This document shows, one piece after another, positions 39,338-51,063 of a stretch of 64,000 bases of DNA. Every line of letters begins with the position of its first letter. Positions within the stretch are counted from its first letter, which is position 1. Origin of the DNA: Podarcis erhardii (taxonomy: Eukaryota); the NCBI GenBank assembly GCA_964252035.1, contig OZ176203.1. One strand, 5' to 3'. The notes under the pieces are model-generated. The model saw only the letters and a list, made by a program, of their open reading frames with translations. It was not told the origin of the DNA and did not search any database. A program made the position numbers and the translations under genes.

Positions 39338-41862
39338 TAATCTAAGTCCCCACCCCCTGTTCTAGATAATGGATCTTGAAATGGGTTCTGTGTGTTTGCA
39401 TTTGAAACCTCCACACCAATTTTACTTCAGCAAAATTTTATTCTCTTAAGCTTACATACAAGTTGGGATGTGCAGGGCCAACCTGCCAGTTAGCTACACT
39501 GAGACCTTTGTGTCAGATAGCAAATCAGGAAAGTGGTGAATTTCCATGTTTCCCTTGCCTGCTAGGAGTGCTGCCACTGCAGTAAAGTGGTCGGCTGCAT
39601 TCCCACAGTGATGTCAGGCATTCAGAGCTGGGTGGCACTGGAGAACCCCTGCAATGCTGCCGCTTTACTGCAGCTGCTGTTTGGGACCACCTCACTCACA
39701 ATGCCTCACTCTGAAGAATGACCCTACATTCCCTAGAGACCTTTGCCAGGGTGTGGCATTGCCATTGAGAACCTTGGTACACCCAGTAAAAACAGGAGGG
39801 GGAAGGAGGAAATTGGTGTTGGTGGGTGGCATGTGTGGGCAGTGCAGGTGGAAGAAAATCTTGCATCAGCTCAGGGACAAAATACTGCCCGTAATCAGTG
39901 AATTTCATAGTTCTTTGAGGTTTAAAACCTCTTCTTTATTGGAGTCCACCACTGAATACAAACAGTGAAGAAAACGTGTTGAAAATACTTATTTTGTTGA
40001 TCCCTCTTCCCCAAAATCTAGGACATAAAACTCAGGTATATGTGCACATGCTTGGTTAACCTGACAAGGGGGGCGGATTTGAAAAGAGGCATAATTTATG
40101 TTGGACAAATGCATTTCTGGAAGTCTGTGGGATTTGATTCACAGTGGCATATGGGGGAGTTGCAGAAACAAGTCCTTCCGTGTATGACATAAGTGGCATT
40201 GTCTCCTTCTCCGCAGGGCTAGCTTCATGGGGACCCAAGGCAATAGCTGAGCGCACTGACCATATGGAGCACTGGAGACATTATTTGGAGTGTGCTTGTA
40301 CAGACCTACTCACTTTAACCATATCCGGCATTCAGATTATTCCAGCATTGCTCATGAAGAAGTGGCTGTCTGAGAAGCCAGAAGCCTCCTTGCCCATTCT
40401 ATTTTCACATTTTTTATTGATGAAAAGGAGTGGGGGGAGGATATCACACAGAAGAAATAAGAGTGTGGGCAATGGAATTAAGCATGCACTGTAGATCTTG
40501 GCACAAATAAGAGAACAGGTTTTGGAACGTTATAACACGTACATTCATTTTTATAAAAATTATTTATTTTTTCACAGAGCATCCAAGAAACAATATATTT
40601 CTTTTACTTTTAGAGAACAACAACTGGGAGACCCAGTGTGTGCAGCCAATATCACAGTTATAAATTCCAGCAATGGAGAGCGAATGCAAAGTATTTGCCT
40701 AGTGAACAGAATGCTTTGCTTAGACTGCAAAGATAGGCAGCAAGTTCAAGTCCCAGTGGGGGTTCTGCTTTTATTAGAAATACTTCATATCTTTTATTCA
40801 CTGTGTCAAATGGATCGCCACACTTTCAGCACTTAATTATCTTTATCTTCCAAAAAAATGCACTGTCTTTAATGAAAATAGTTAAATAACTCTCATTGTT
40901 CAAGGCAAAGCCATAATAAGAGGAGGCAATCCTGTCAAGAGCTGAGTGCCCTGCACTCCCAGTCAGATGCAAGGCAGCTTAAAACCACCAGCATCCCAGT
41001 GGTAGGGTTCAGGATATCCTAGCTATGTTGCAGTGCTGGACTTGGACACTGACAGTCAGCACTACAACCTCTAGTTCCCCTAGTATTTGCTGCAACTGTA
41101 GGCTGGCTGAAAAGGGAAGAGAAGCCAGAGTGTGACCAGAGAATCCTTCTCCCTTCCAGATCCAGATGTGAAAATATTTATTGCCTGTCACCTAAAGATA
41201 AGAAACAAAGGCATCAAATGAGCCTCCCTGTTAAGTCCACTGGAGGAAGATCAGATTTGCATGAGAATCTGTTCCCTCTTGTACAGATGAAGTGAACCTT
41301 TATCCCTGTGTAACCTTTGGCACTTCACATATTGCTGAACTACAACTCCCATCAGAAACCTTGCTCTAAAAGAATGCACATGTAGTCTGGGCATGCTCCT
41401 AGATCTAATCATTATCATTGGAGGCACAAGTAGCTTCCTCAGTGAGGAGTTCCATTTACCAGCTTTGCTCAATGCCCCAACTAAGGGGGAATAACCTGGT
41501 TCTCAAGACCCACTTATTTATCAAAGCATTTGTATGGTTCCTGTTTCTCAATCTGTTTTAATGTGTATTTACTGTTTTATCCTCCTCCCCACCCCTGAGT
41601 TTATTATGCACCTATTTATTCATTTATTGGATTTTTATAGTATAGGACTTTTTCATTTGGGGGCATGATAGAGGTGTATAGAATTATGCATCGTGTGAAG
41701 AAAGTGTACAGAAATATGGTTTTCACCCCCCTCAAAATAGTTGAATGGTAAGCGATTCAGCACAGACAAAAAGAGCAGCTTCCTCACAATTTGCTACATT
41801 AAGATGTATCCCTGTGCACCAGCTGCTGGGGAAACATGAGATTGACAGTGCTGCTGACCTCA

Positions 41863-41971
41863 TGTCTTGCTTGTGGACTTCCCATAAGTGACTAATTGGC
41901 CACTGTGATATCAGAATGGTGGACCAGATGGACCTTTGTTCTGATTTAGCAGAGGTCTTTCTATATTCTTA
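41863..41971 (+). mobile_element. LINE 3' UTR end (same family as 28045-28143), diverged
   Basis: TTGGCCACTGTGATATCAGAATGGTGGACCAGATGGACC..TGTTCTGATTTAGC...TTTCTATATTCTTA. Confidence 0.55.
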
Positions 41972-43101
41972 AGATAGTGTTGTTAGTTGGCCTTAAACAG
42001 CATAAAGTCAAATAAGTGAGGGCATTTTATCTGAGGTTGGTTGTGTGTTCAAACCTTCACATCACAGCAATGCATATTCATGGAACTTCATCAACTTACT
42101 CTCATTCTAGGATGAAAAATATGGGACTCCCAGAAGTCAAAAGCCTATATATCTATTTGTTTCTACAAGTTAATGCCACTGTATTAAGGAAGGATTAATA
42201 TACAGTTAGGTATAAATGGGTGAGCATGTTTCTTAAGCATTCTAAGGACTCTATGGAATATTCTATTCTGTTGCAAAGTGGGCATGAATGGAGGAATAAC
42301 CCAGTAATGAAAGGGTTTATTGGGTAAATAAAAGAAGAATTATACCTTTTTACGCTCCATCTTAAGGATTTTTTATTCAGTCCTGCAATTTTTAGTGTTT
42401 CTCTTGCAATGATGGAACAATGGGGGAACCCTCCTGTGACTAATTTAACACCTGTAATTTATCCTAGACAGGAAGCAAAAGATTGCATAGTCTAATGGGC
42501 GAAGCGTGTGTGCCCTAATCGGTAAGCACAATGAATTCAAATTCTGTTGGCGATCCTTGTCTTTCGCTGCAGTTTCTGCTAATTTGTTTCCATCTGTGAG
42601 GTGATAAAATTAATTTCTACCAATTTTCTACAGCTAAGGTAGAGGTAAAGAAACTGTATAATTGAAATATTTCATGTCATCTCTAAACTATTACAGATCC
42701 AGAGGGGTTCTAGGAAGCTAGATAAGAGAGGCAGTATCCAAAAACTGTTAAAAATGGCCCCATGTAGATTTCTGTAATGCATGTTCTTAAGAATCCTGTA
42801 GATTAATTTCATTATTAAAGTGACAGAACTTGAGGTTTGGCACTGTTAGTCATCCACAATTTTTCATTCCACTCTCCAGAAAGGTAACTGGGAGAGGCAC
42901 AACTCTTGAAATTGCTTCACAAGTGCCAATTCTAAGGACAATGAGAGTGTTCTGACAGTCATGGGATAATAATCCTTAATGTTAGCCAATCCAAATATTT
43001 GGATGTAATTAACATTTATTTCTGCTAATGCTATTGGAAGAATTACCATTCATGTAAGGTTGATATGGGTAGAAATTAGTGTAGAATGTGACATGTATGA
43101 C

Positions 43102-43104
<3 letters not shown>

Positions 43105-43142
<38 letters not shown>
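43105..43142. repeat. (AC)19 microsatellite
   Basis: Direct reading. Confidence 0.97.
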
Positions 43143-43144
<2 letters not shown>

Positions 43145-43464
43145 ATTATAACACATCAGTGCTGCAAACATTTTCTAAAAAGAGTTCTTAATTAAGGCAG
43201 GATTTTTAATTTAAAAAATTGTGTAACTTCACTAAGTGCATGAGACAGCTTATGGTAAGAGACAGAACATGTAACATCGAAGCAAAAGAATTGTGGCTAA
43301 TTTGAATGTCTAATGTAACCCCGTAGCAAGAAATACCCGTTAGTAGTTTGTTTCCATACTTGCATGAGGCAACAAATTGAACTTTGTCTGTAATGATTGT
43401 CGCTGTATTCATAATGTTCGTGACTTTCATCTGTAATTTGGATAAAAACTACTTGGATCTCAGG

Positions 43465-43900
43465 TTTTCAAATGCCAGGAGGCTGGGAAAGAGTATTGAC
43501 ATTTCAGAAGGGGGAAGACTGGAATTCATAAATATCTTGATAAGTTGGAGCTAAGTGGGGTAAATTTTCACCAGAGACAAATGGAGTGTGCTGCATATAG
43601 TACAGGAAAGCCAAATTTACAAATATATAGCAGAGGAGCATAGCTGCTGAGAAAGATCAGTCAGTCAGCAGATACGTACAAAGGATCATAAGAAAATACA
43701 AGTCAATAGAGTATCTGGTTCAATACTGGAAGTCAGTTTAGAGGAGGAAAGACCATGAACAGCATTTGAGTATATTAATGAATCAAATGCTTTAGAAATA
43801 GTGTATACCATTTGGGTCTCTCAGTCAAGGGCAGTATACTTAGGAAGTTATGATGTTGTCTTTTGTGCTCATTAAGGAGTTGTATAGAAGAAAAGAATAA
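43465..43900 (+). mobile_element. Ancient, heavily decayed CR1 ORF2 fragment
   Basis: GAAGACTGGAATTCATAAATATCTTGATAAGTTGGAG resembles the CR1 EDRxxIQxDLDxLE coding region. CAGAGACAAATGGAGTGTGCTGCATATAG resembles NRDKCxVLHLG. Frameshifted. Confidence 0.5.
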
Positions 43901-44916
43901 CTGGAACTACAGGAATCATTATTTAAAAGTTGGGCAGTGGAGGACAATAGCTATAGTATTCTAACTCTACGTTTATAGCCATGTTGAAAATGAACCTGTA
44001 CCAGCTATGATTTAAAGTAAGGTGGAATAAAGGTGTTAGTCTAACTCTTGCAGTTTTGGAGGACCTTAAAGATTAGTGTCCATTCCATTAGATGCATGTG
44101 TTTTCCTCAGTTGACAGGAATATACCGTTGTAAAGAAAAACTTAGGAGAAAGGAGTCAAGTGGCAATGGAATGCAAATGCACAGACTGTGAAAATTCAAT
44201 TAAATCTGGATCTGAAAACCTATGGCCCATGGGAGGGTGTCTCAGGGATCATAGGAAACATTGACATCCTCTGTACATCACTGGAGAGCGGGTTGTGATG
44301 TCAGGGAGTAAGCTTCTTCCTGCCCCTGTGGAAACACCCTGGCCCAGTTCTGCAACAGTAGTGAGGTCAAGATTAGGGGGAGGGGGTGTTACTGGGGATC
44401 TGTCAATGGAGGATCAGGAAACAGCTTGGATCTGAAGTATACAAAGCCATCTCAGCCACCTGACACGCTCCAAAACTGATTTTGACTAGCTCAGAAGGCA
44501 ATCTAAGATTCTCCCTCTAATTTCCCTTTCATTGTTTATCTTTAGTCCACTCTCCACCCCTTGAGATTGCAAACCTAAATGCATGCATGTAAAAGAAGTC
44601 CAATGACCATTCATAATAGCACCAATTGTTGGTAAAACAATCACCCTCTTATTGCTAAGTTAGTTGACACATTTTGGCTCATAATTTTCTTTCTAGAAAG
44701 CATGTCAGAAGAATGTTTTCAACCTGACATAAAATGCCATAAAGGATGATGACATTCTAGTCCTCTGAGACAGGGAATTCCATAATCAGGGCATAGTTAA
44801 GGAATATATCCTATTCTGAGCTCCTTCACAGCCAACAGGATTGGGGAACCTATAAAAGAGGCCTATAAATGCATGGAAGTCTGAAGTGGGCACAGTGGGC
44901 ACAATTGCCTAACCAA

Positions 44917-45657
44917 TGTGTTCAATTAATGTCTCAACAGGAGGGGGTCCAGTGTTTGCCACACAGTGAGACTGTGGCTGGATCCAGGGATAAACTCCTT
45001 GCCCTGGATAGAATGGGGGAGGGGATGGCCATTTGACATTGCCCTCCCCTGGCCGTGCTGAACCCATTGTTTGGGTGGGCCTTGCCTGCAAGCCTATTGG
45101 GGCATGGGCATGGGGGCTGTGCCCTGCCCACCCTTGGGGACCAATGCAGAATTTACCTCCCACTCACCCAGACTGTTAGGGGCCCCCTCAATGGGGGAGT
45201 GGGCAAGTTGATATAAGGACCTTGCTGTGCTTAATCAGTTGCTGTATTTCTCCTGCAAGCAAATTGGCCAGTGTGAAGGTTTTTACCTACCTCATAGCAA
45301 CTGTCACAACTTTGATGGGTAAGGCATTAGGCTGGATCCTTCATCATGCAGGTACCCAGTTAAAGGAATCCAAGAGGGGTGACTCGGTCTGGGAGTCCAC
45401 ACTCGTAGACCAACGGGCCAAAACACCTCCGAATGGCAGGTCCATATGGGGTCGTGGCACCTAATCCATTTTTTGGGTGACTCCCGAGCACCCAGTTGAT
45501 CCACTGGGTTCCTATCAGCCAGCATGTAGGCGTCCTGATGCCAGATACAATTTGGCCAATGACTTAGCCAAACCTACTCTTACCTGTAATCAATAAAGGT
45601 GTGGCCTAATTCAACCCAATACCAATTCTTGTGTTCATTTCCTCAGTCTTCCTCACA
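44917..45657 (+). mobile_element. Solo-LTR-like sequence; left boundary uncertain
   Basis: GC-richer block starting TG and ending CTCACA, with TATAAG at 45212-17 and AATAAA at 45592-97, 60 bp before the CA end. No TSD confirmed. Confidence 0.4.
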
Positions 45658-46437
45658 TCAGCTGCAGACTTTATGCCTCTGAGGTGGCAAGGAATCACCT
45701 GCATGATGTTCTAAATCATTATGAACCAAAAATTCATGTCACTATGCTTGTGAAATGAAATAGCTTTCAGAAAACTGCAGGAAAATCCTGGTATTATTTT
45801 GATAAGTGAGTGTTTTAGTGAATGAAAGTGAGTGAAAGTGTAGCCAGGATTTGTTTAACCTTTGAGGGCCCTGTGTGTGACTCCCAACATTCCATTTTCC
45901 AAGACCTGCAAACTTTTTCCTTAGCTTCTAATTTTGCATTACAGGAAGGAACAAATCATTGCATCCCAATGGAGGTGGGATACTGTGTTCCAAAGCTGAA
46001 ATGACTTAATGAGAACCTCATTAAAGAGAGCCAGTGATGACGGTGGCAGCAGGTTTATATGCACACTTAATAAGTTACCTGGATTTATTATTTCTAAAAT
46101 GAAGACTATCAGGTGTGTCTGAGAGTCATGCTCAGTGACCTGTAAGCCCTACCCCTAATTCTACATGTGATTGCACTTAAGCTACTTCTGTGCTCTGTTC
46201 AGCACTTTGTACAAGATAGGCCCTGGGTAAATGCTTTTGCACAAATGCAAACGTAAGGTAGGACATTCTGTTATTTTTATTCCTGCTGTTAAATATGAGT
46301 GTTTGAAATGAAACCAAGATGTGCCTTGGATCTGCATATATGGAGGACAGAGACATCAGGCCGGCCAGTACTATGGAAAAAAGGAAGCAGAAGACATTGA
46401 AGGGGGAAAGCCTATGAAAAAAGCAACAACCAAGAGC

Positions 46438-46488
46438 AGTATCTCTTAAGTATCTCTTAAGATATGCTAGTATCTCTTAAGATATGCT
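46438..46488. repeat. Small stepwise tandem duplication (11 + 20 + 20 bp)
   Basis: AGTATCTCTTA | AGTATCTCTTAAGATATGCT | AGTATCTCTTAAGATATGCT. Confidence 0.9.
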
Positions 46489-47851
46489 GGGTGATTGTGC
46501 TTGTCTGCACAGACAGTCATTTCAGACAACTAATCTGTAGGTAGGGATCTGGCACTAGGATGCTTGGCTTGATTCACAATATGTCCTTGCTGCTGTTATA
46601 CTCCTGTCTTTCTTGGCCAAGTGTAAGAGAGGCCAAAAGCCATCCCCACTCATAAAACAGAGTTTCTGCTGTGTCTTCATTTCTCCCAGATAGATCAATC
46701 CACTCTGTCCTGACCAATTTGCTCTGCTGTCGGATTGCTGCCGCCCATGTCCTTGTTGCTGCTTTGCAGGATTAAAAATTAAACTGTGTTAGATGAGAGC
46801 AGCCGGGATTCTTGCTTTGGTTTATTGACAGAGTCTATTGACATCCCTCCTGTCCTTCTGCCTCCTCATCTGAGCCAAGGACAGAATGTAAAAGTAGGTC
46901 AGTTCAACGAGAGTCCTGGGCTGTCTTGTCCTTCAGTGACACAGATGTTCTTGGAAGGCTTATTTATCTCCTTGAAATGCACACAAAGTTTGTGTGCATT
47001 TGTGAATATGTGTCACAATCCATGCATGACTTTATACATGCAGTAAATGAAGACTTGCAGCCCTTTATGGTTTCCAAGATGCTGAGGACACGTCAGCCCA
47101 ACTAAGAAATACTCTCTATTTGCCTTTGAACAGTTTGAACCACTGAACTCACCACAACCAACACAGCAAAGAAACATTGCCAGCAGTTAAGAGTGCTTAG
47201 AAGCGGAATGGGATGGGAGTAGTATGCTTAGCATAATCCATTGGTGGCCATAAGCCTTGGTGGCCATATATGTGCATGATGTTGCAATGGATGTGTGTGG
47301 TTTGACAAAATACGGACATGCATCATAAAGCCAAATTGAGCACATCCAGATGTGTCATTAGCACATGTCAAGTGGCAGAGCAAAATGATCCTGTGATCAT
47401 TTCATTATTATAAAGCTATCATTCTAAAAGTTGCAGCTGAGCAGGATATGATGATATAAAGTATAAAGCAAAGCTCTGGCACTTTTACAGTCATACCATG
47501 AAACCTTTTTAAAAAGTTGTTGGCCTCAAGCTGCTTCAGCAGATGTGAAGATCTATCACTGTGTATTATCACTGCTACAATATCTTTCCATATGTGGCTG
47601 GACACAAAGAGGCTGCAGCTTAAGTAAAATCCACACAACTAATTTTCTGATTCTTGTGAAGACATTTCCCTACTTTCTTTTTCAACATTTGGTAGTTTGA
47701 GGTGAAATAGAGTCTTGGAAAGGGCTTTGGGTGGGCAGCTACTTTGCTTTAAACAAGGCTTGGGAAAACAACTCGTGTGCATTTTGAATGGGGAACTGAA
47801 AGCAGAATAGACCCTCTATACTTTTTATTTTTTATTTTTTAAATTTGTATA

Positions 47852-48077
47852 CAGTGGTACCTCGGGTTACATACGCTTCAGGTTACACACTCCGCTAACC
47901 CAGAAATAATGCTTCAGGTTAAGAGCTTTGCTTCAGGATAAGAACAGAAATTGTGCTCTGGCAGCACGGTGGCAGCAGGAGGCCCCATTAGCTAAAGTGG
48001 TGCTTCAGGTTAAGAACAGTTTCAGGTTAAGTACAGACCTCCGGAACGAATTAAGTACTTAACCCGAAGTACCACTG
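47852..48077 (+). mobile_element. Tigger-like MITE, family copy 4 (226 bp)
   Basis: TIRs CAGTGGTACCTCGGGTTA / TAACCCGAAGTACCACTG; TA at 47850-51 and 48078-79. Confidence 0.93.
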
Positions 48078-49292
48078 TACTGCCCTATACCCATAGATCT
48101 CAGGATGGTTCACATCATAAAATTACAATATAAAAAATCACACATCATGTGACCATGCTCCATGTAATCAGTGAATTATAGGAAAGTTAGACATGTAACT
48201 GACCCCATGGTAAGGAGTTGCTGAACAGAAGCCTAGTGGTGTTATAACAAGGAACATAGCAATGTTCTTATGCCTCAGCTGAGCGGTGGGAGAGTAGCTG
48301 CAATAACAATTGGCTTGGATTGGGCAGCTTGGCACTCTGAATTATACACACAAACTCACCCTCACTTCCATGGACAGCTATTGTCTAATTCTCCCATCTG
48401 TAATGTGGCTGTTATCAAGCTTAACCAGCCAGTGAACCTCAAATCTGAGTCAAACCACCTGTGTTCTTGTTTTTACTTCGTTTGCCTGCTGTTTTGGCAG
48501 AGGTGACAGCAAGTCAGCAAAATGGAATATCAAAATACGCTTACAGGCAATGATGGATGCAAATCAATAGAAGTAAGAAAATGAAGGTCACATGCCACTA
48601 GCACACATGGTGCCTCTTTGGGGCCTGTGCCCCAACCTTTTAATGAATATGAGATGTGCATGTCAAGAACAGCAAGAGATCCAGAGGCATGAGTTTTGGC
48701 ACAGTTTCCAGTTTTGCAACATTTCCGTCCTTTGGCTTTCTTGCTTGTAGATCACCTAATCTGAATGTGTTGTGATGTGACTATAAAAATACCCGCCTCC
48801 CCACCTTCCGTGAGTGTTGGAATTTGATGATCTCAAAAAGTCCTTGATGTGTGTGTGTGCATGTGTGGTGTGTGTAGGAATAAAGGAGCAGAACAGTTTT
48901 GAGTAGATAAAGATGTTTTACATGATTTACAGCCTGACCTTAAGATGTTCTTGGCTGTGCATCTGAAAGAAACAGAAGCAGAAACTTCCAGATGGGCTGA
49001 GGTTTTCTTTTTCTTATCAGAAGGGTTAAAATAGATGCTATTTTCCTGCTGCCCTTTTTTCCTCAGCCTCATTGCTGATAAAAGGAAGAATTTTTTCCCC
49101 CTATCAGATTGCGCAATAGGGAAGCCTGCAGAGACCAAGCATTCTCTCCTCCAATGCATGCCGTCACATAATAGAGGGCTGCACACGACGGGGAAGGAAA
49201 TAGATTGGGGAGCAGGATAGGGTCTGAGTGACCTCCATTGCTTTAATGTCCAAATTGCATTGTAATTGCCCTGGTCCAGCCATGTTGCAGGG

Positions 49293-50277
49293 TAGAATCA
49301 TAGAATCGTAGAGTTGGAAGAGACCACAAGGGCCATCGAGTCCAACCCCCTGCCAGGCAGGAAACACCATCAGAGCACTCCTGACATATGGTTGTCAAGC
49401 CTCTGCTTAAAGACCTCCAAAGAAGGAGACTCCACCACACTCCTTGGCAGCAAATTCCACTGTCAAACAGCTCTTACTGTCAGGAAGTTCTTCCTAATGT
49501 TTAGGTGGAATCTTCTTTCTTGTAGTTTGGAACCATTGCTCCGTGTCCGCTTCTCTGGAGCAGCAGAAAACAACCTTCTTCCCTCCTCTATGTGACATCC
49601 TTTTATATATTTGAACAGGGCTATCATATCACCCCTTAACCTCCTCTTCTCCAGGCTAAACATGCCCAGCTCCCTTAGCCGTTCCTCATAAGGCATCGTT
49701 TCCAGGCCTTTGACCATTTTGGTTGCCCTCCTCTGGACACGTTCCAGTTTGTCAGTGTCCTTCTTGAACTGTGGTGCCCAGAACTGGACACAGTACTCCA
49801 GGTGAGGTCTGACCAGAGCAGAATACAGTGGCACTATTACTTCCCTTGATCTAGATGCTATACTCCTATTGATGCAGCCCAGAATTGCATTGGCTTTTTT
49901 AGCTGCCGTGTCACACTGTTGGCTCATGTCAAGTCTGTGGTCAACCAAGACTCCTAGATCCTTTTCACATGTACTGCTCTCAAGCCAGGTGTCACCCATC
50001 TTGTATTTGTGCCTCTCATTCCCCCCCCCCCCCAAGTGCAATACTTTACATTTCTCCCTGTTAAAATTCATCTTGTTTGTTTTGGCCCAGTTCTCTAATC
50101 TGTCAAGGTCGTTTTGAAGTGTGATCCTGTCCTCTGGGGTGTTAGCCACCCCTCCCACTTTGGTGTCATCTGCAAATTTGATCAGGATGCCCTTGAGTCC
50201 ATCATCCAAATCGTTGATAAAGATGTTGAGTAAGACCGGGCCCAAGACAGAACCCTGTGGCACCCCACTAGTCACTC
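49293..50277 (-). mobile_element. 5'-truncated CR1 LINE (~985 bp), young
   Basis: CR1 ORF2 C-terminal coding region, 3' UTR and (ATTCTATG)-type tail (plus strand TAGAATCATAGAATCGTAG at 49293). Confidence 0.97.
49370..50275 (-). pseudogene. CR1 ORF2 reverse transcriptase C-terminal remnant (302 codons including the terminal stop, one internal nonsense)
   Basis: [13 protein letters not shown]...LIKFADDTK (RT catalytic motif)...[13 protein letters not shown]...[40 protein letters not shown]. Internal TGA at 49463-65 (likely CGA>TGA); no frameshift. Confidence 0.95.
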
Positions 50278-50574
50278 TTCTTATAGGGGCTGGGGGGGGG
50301 GAGTGTGGATTACGTTGCATTCTGGGTGAAAGCTACAGATTTGACTTCCTTGTCCATAAATTATCTCAGGGACAGCCAACATAGTGTCCTTCAGTTATTA
50401 CTGGACTTCAACTCCCATCAATGCTATTATTCACAATACTGGCTGGTTCTGATAGGAGCTCAAGAACAACAATATCTGGTTACAGATAGGTAGCCGTGTT
50501 GGTCTGCCATGGTCAAAACAAAATAAAAAAAATCCTTCCAGTAGCACCTTAAAGACCAACTGAGTTAGTTCTAG

Positions 50575-50612
50575 GTATGAGCTTTCGTGTGCATGCACAC
50601 TTCTTCAGATAC
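50575..50612 (-). ncRNA. Minimal type I hammerhead ribozyme motif in the 3' pLTR
   Basis: Minus strand GUAU-CUGAAGA-A-GUGUGCAUGCACAC-GAAA-GC-UC/AUAC: intact CUGANGA and GAAA cores, 4-bp stem I, palindromic stem II, self-complementary AGCU stem III. Predicted cleavage between 50579 and 50578. Confidence 0.88.
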
Positions 50613-50635
50613 ACTGAAACAGAAGTCACCGGACC

Positions 50636-50699
50636 TTTCTATATAGTGAGAAGGTGGGGAGGGGTATTACTCAGAAGGGTGGTGGGAATGGGTGATTGG
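50636..50699 (-). promoter_or_regulatory. Putative Pol II core promoter of the left pLTR (mirror of 50977-51063), firing leftward
   Basis: Minus-strand CCAAT (50695-99), CACCC, CCCCTCCCC and TATATAGAAA (50636-45). Exact inverted copy of the right-arm motifs. Function inferred. Confidence 0.5.
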
Positions 50700-50792
50700 C
50701 AGATAGCTGCGATGAGCCTGTTGACGACTCTTAACGACTGCAATAGGTCTAACAGGAAAAAGCAAGGGGTGAGAAGGTGAAAAATGGCTTTG

Positions 50793-50897
50793 TCATGTAT
50801 AATGAGATAAGAATCCAATGTCTTTGTTCAAACCAGGTCTCTCCATAGTTTTAAGTTTGGTGATAAGTTGCAATTCAGCAGCTTCTCTTTCCAGTCT
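50793..50897 (-). pseudogene. Penelope ORF C-terminal remnant (end of GIY-YIG endonuclease domain), 34 aa + stop
   Basis: RLEREAAELQLITKLKTMERPGLNKDIGFLSHYT*. The RxxxExxxIxxLxT...GLN pattern is characteristic of the PLE GIY-YIG C-terminus. Confidence 0.85.
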
Positions 50898-50976
50898 GGA
50901 ATTTCAGAAATAGCTTTTTCCTGTTAGACCTATTGCAGTCGTTAAGAGTCGTCAACAGGCTCATCGCAGCTATCTG

Positions 50977-51063
50977 CCAATCACCCATTCCCACCACCCT
51001 TCTGAGTAATACCCCTCCCCACCTTCTCACTATATAGAAAGGTCCGGTGACTTCTGTTTCAGT
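50977..51063 (+). promoter_or_regulatory. Putative Pol II core promoter of the right (inverted) pLTR, firing rightward
   Basis: GCCAATCA (CCAAT 50977-81), CACCC (50995-99), CCCCTCCCC (51012-20), TATATAGAAA (51031-40), and Inr-like TTCAGT with A at 51061, 30 nt after the TATA start. Confidence 0.5.

Noticed and set aside
40056-40256. 66-aa minus ORF containing TPPYATV, reminiscent of receptor tyrosine motifs
   Set aside because: Motif too short, upstream in-frame stop, no convincing splice acceptor.
46438-46488. Direct repeats that could be mistaken for a CRISPR array
   Set aside because: No spacers, only 2-3 abutting units, eukaryotic context, no cas genes.
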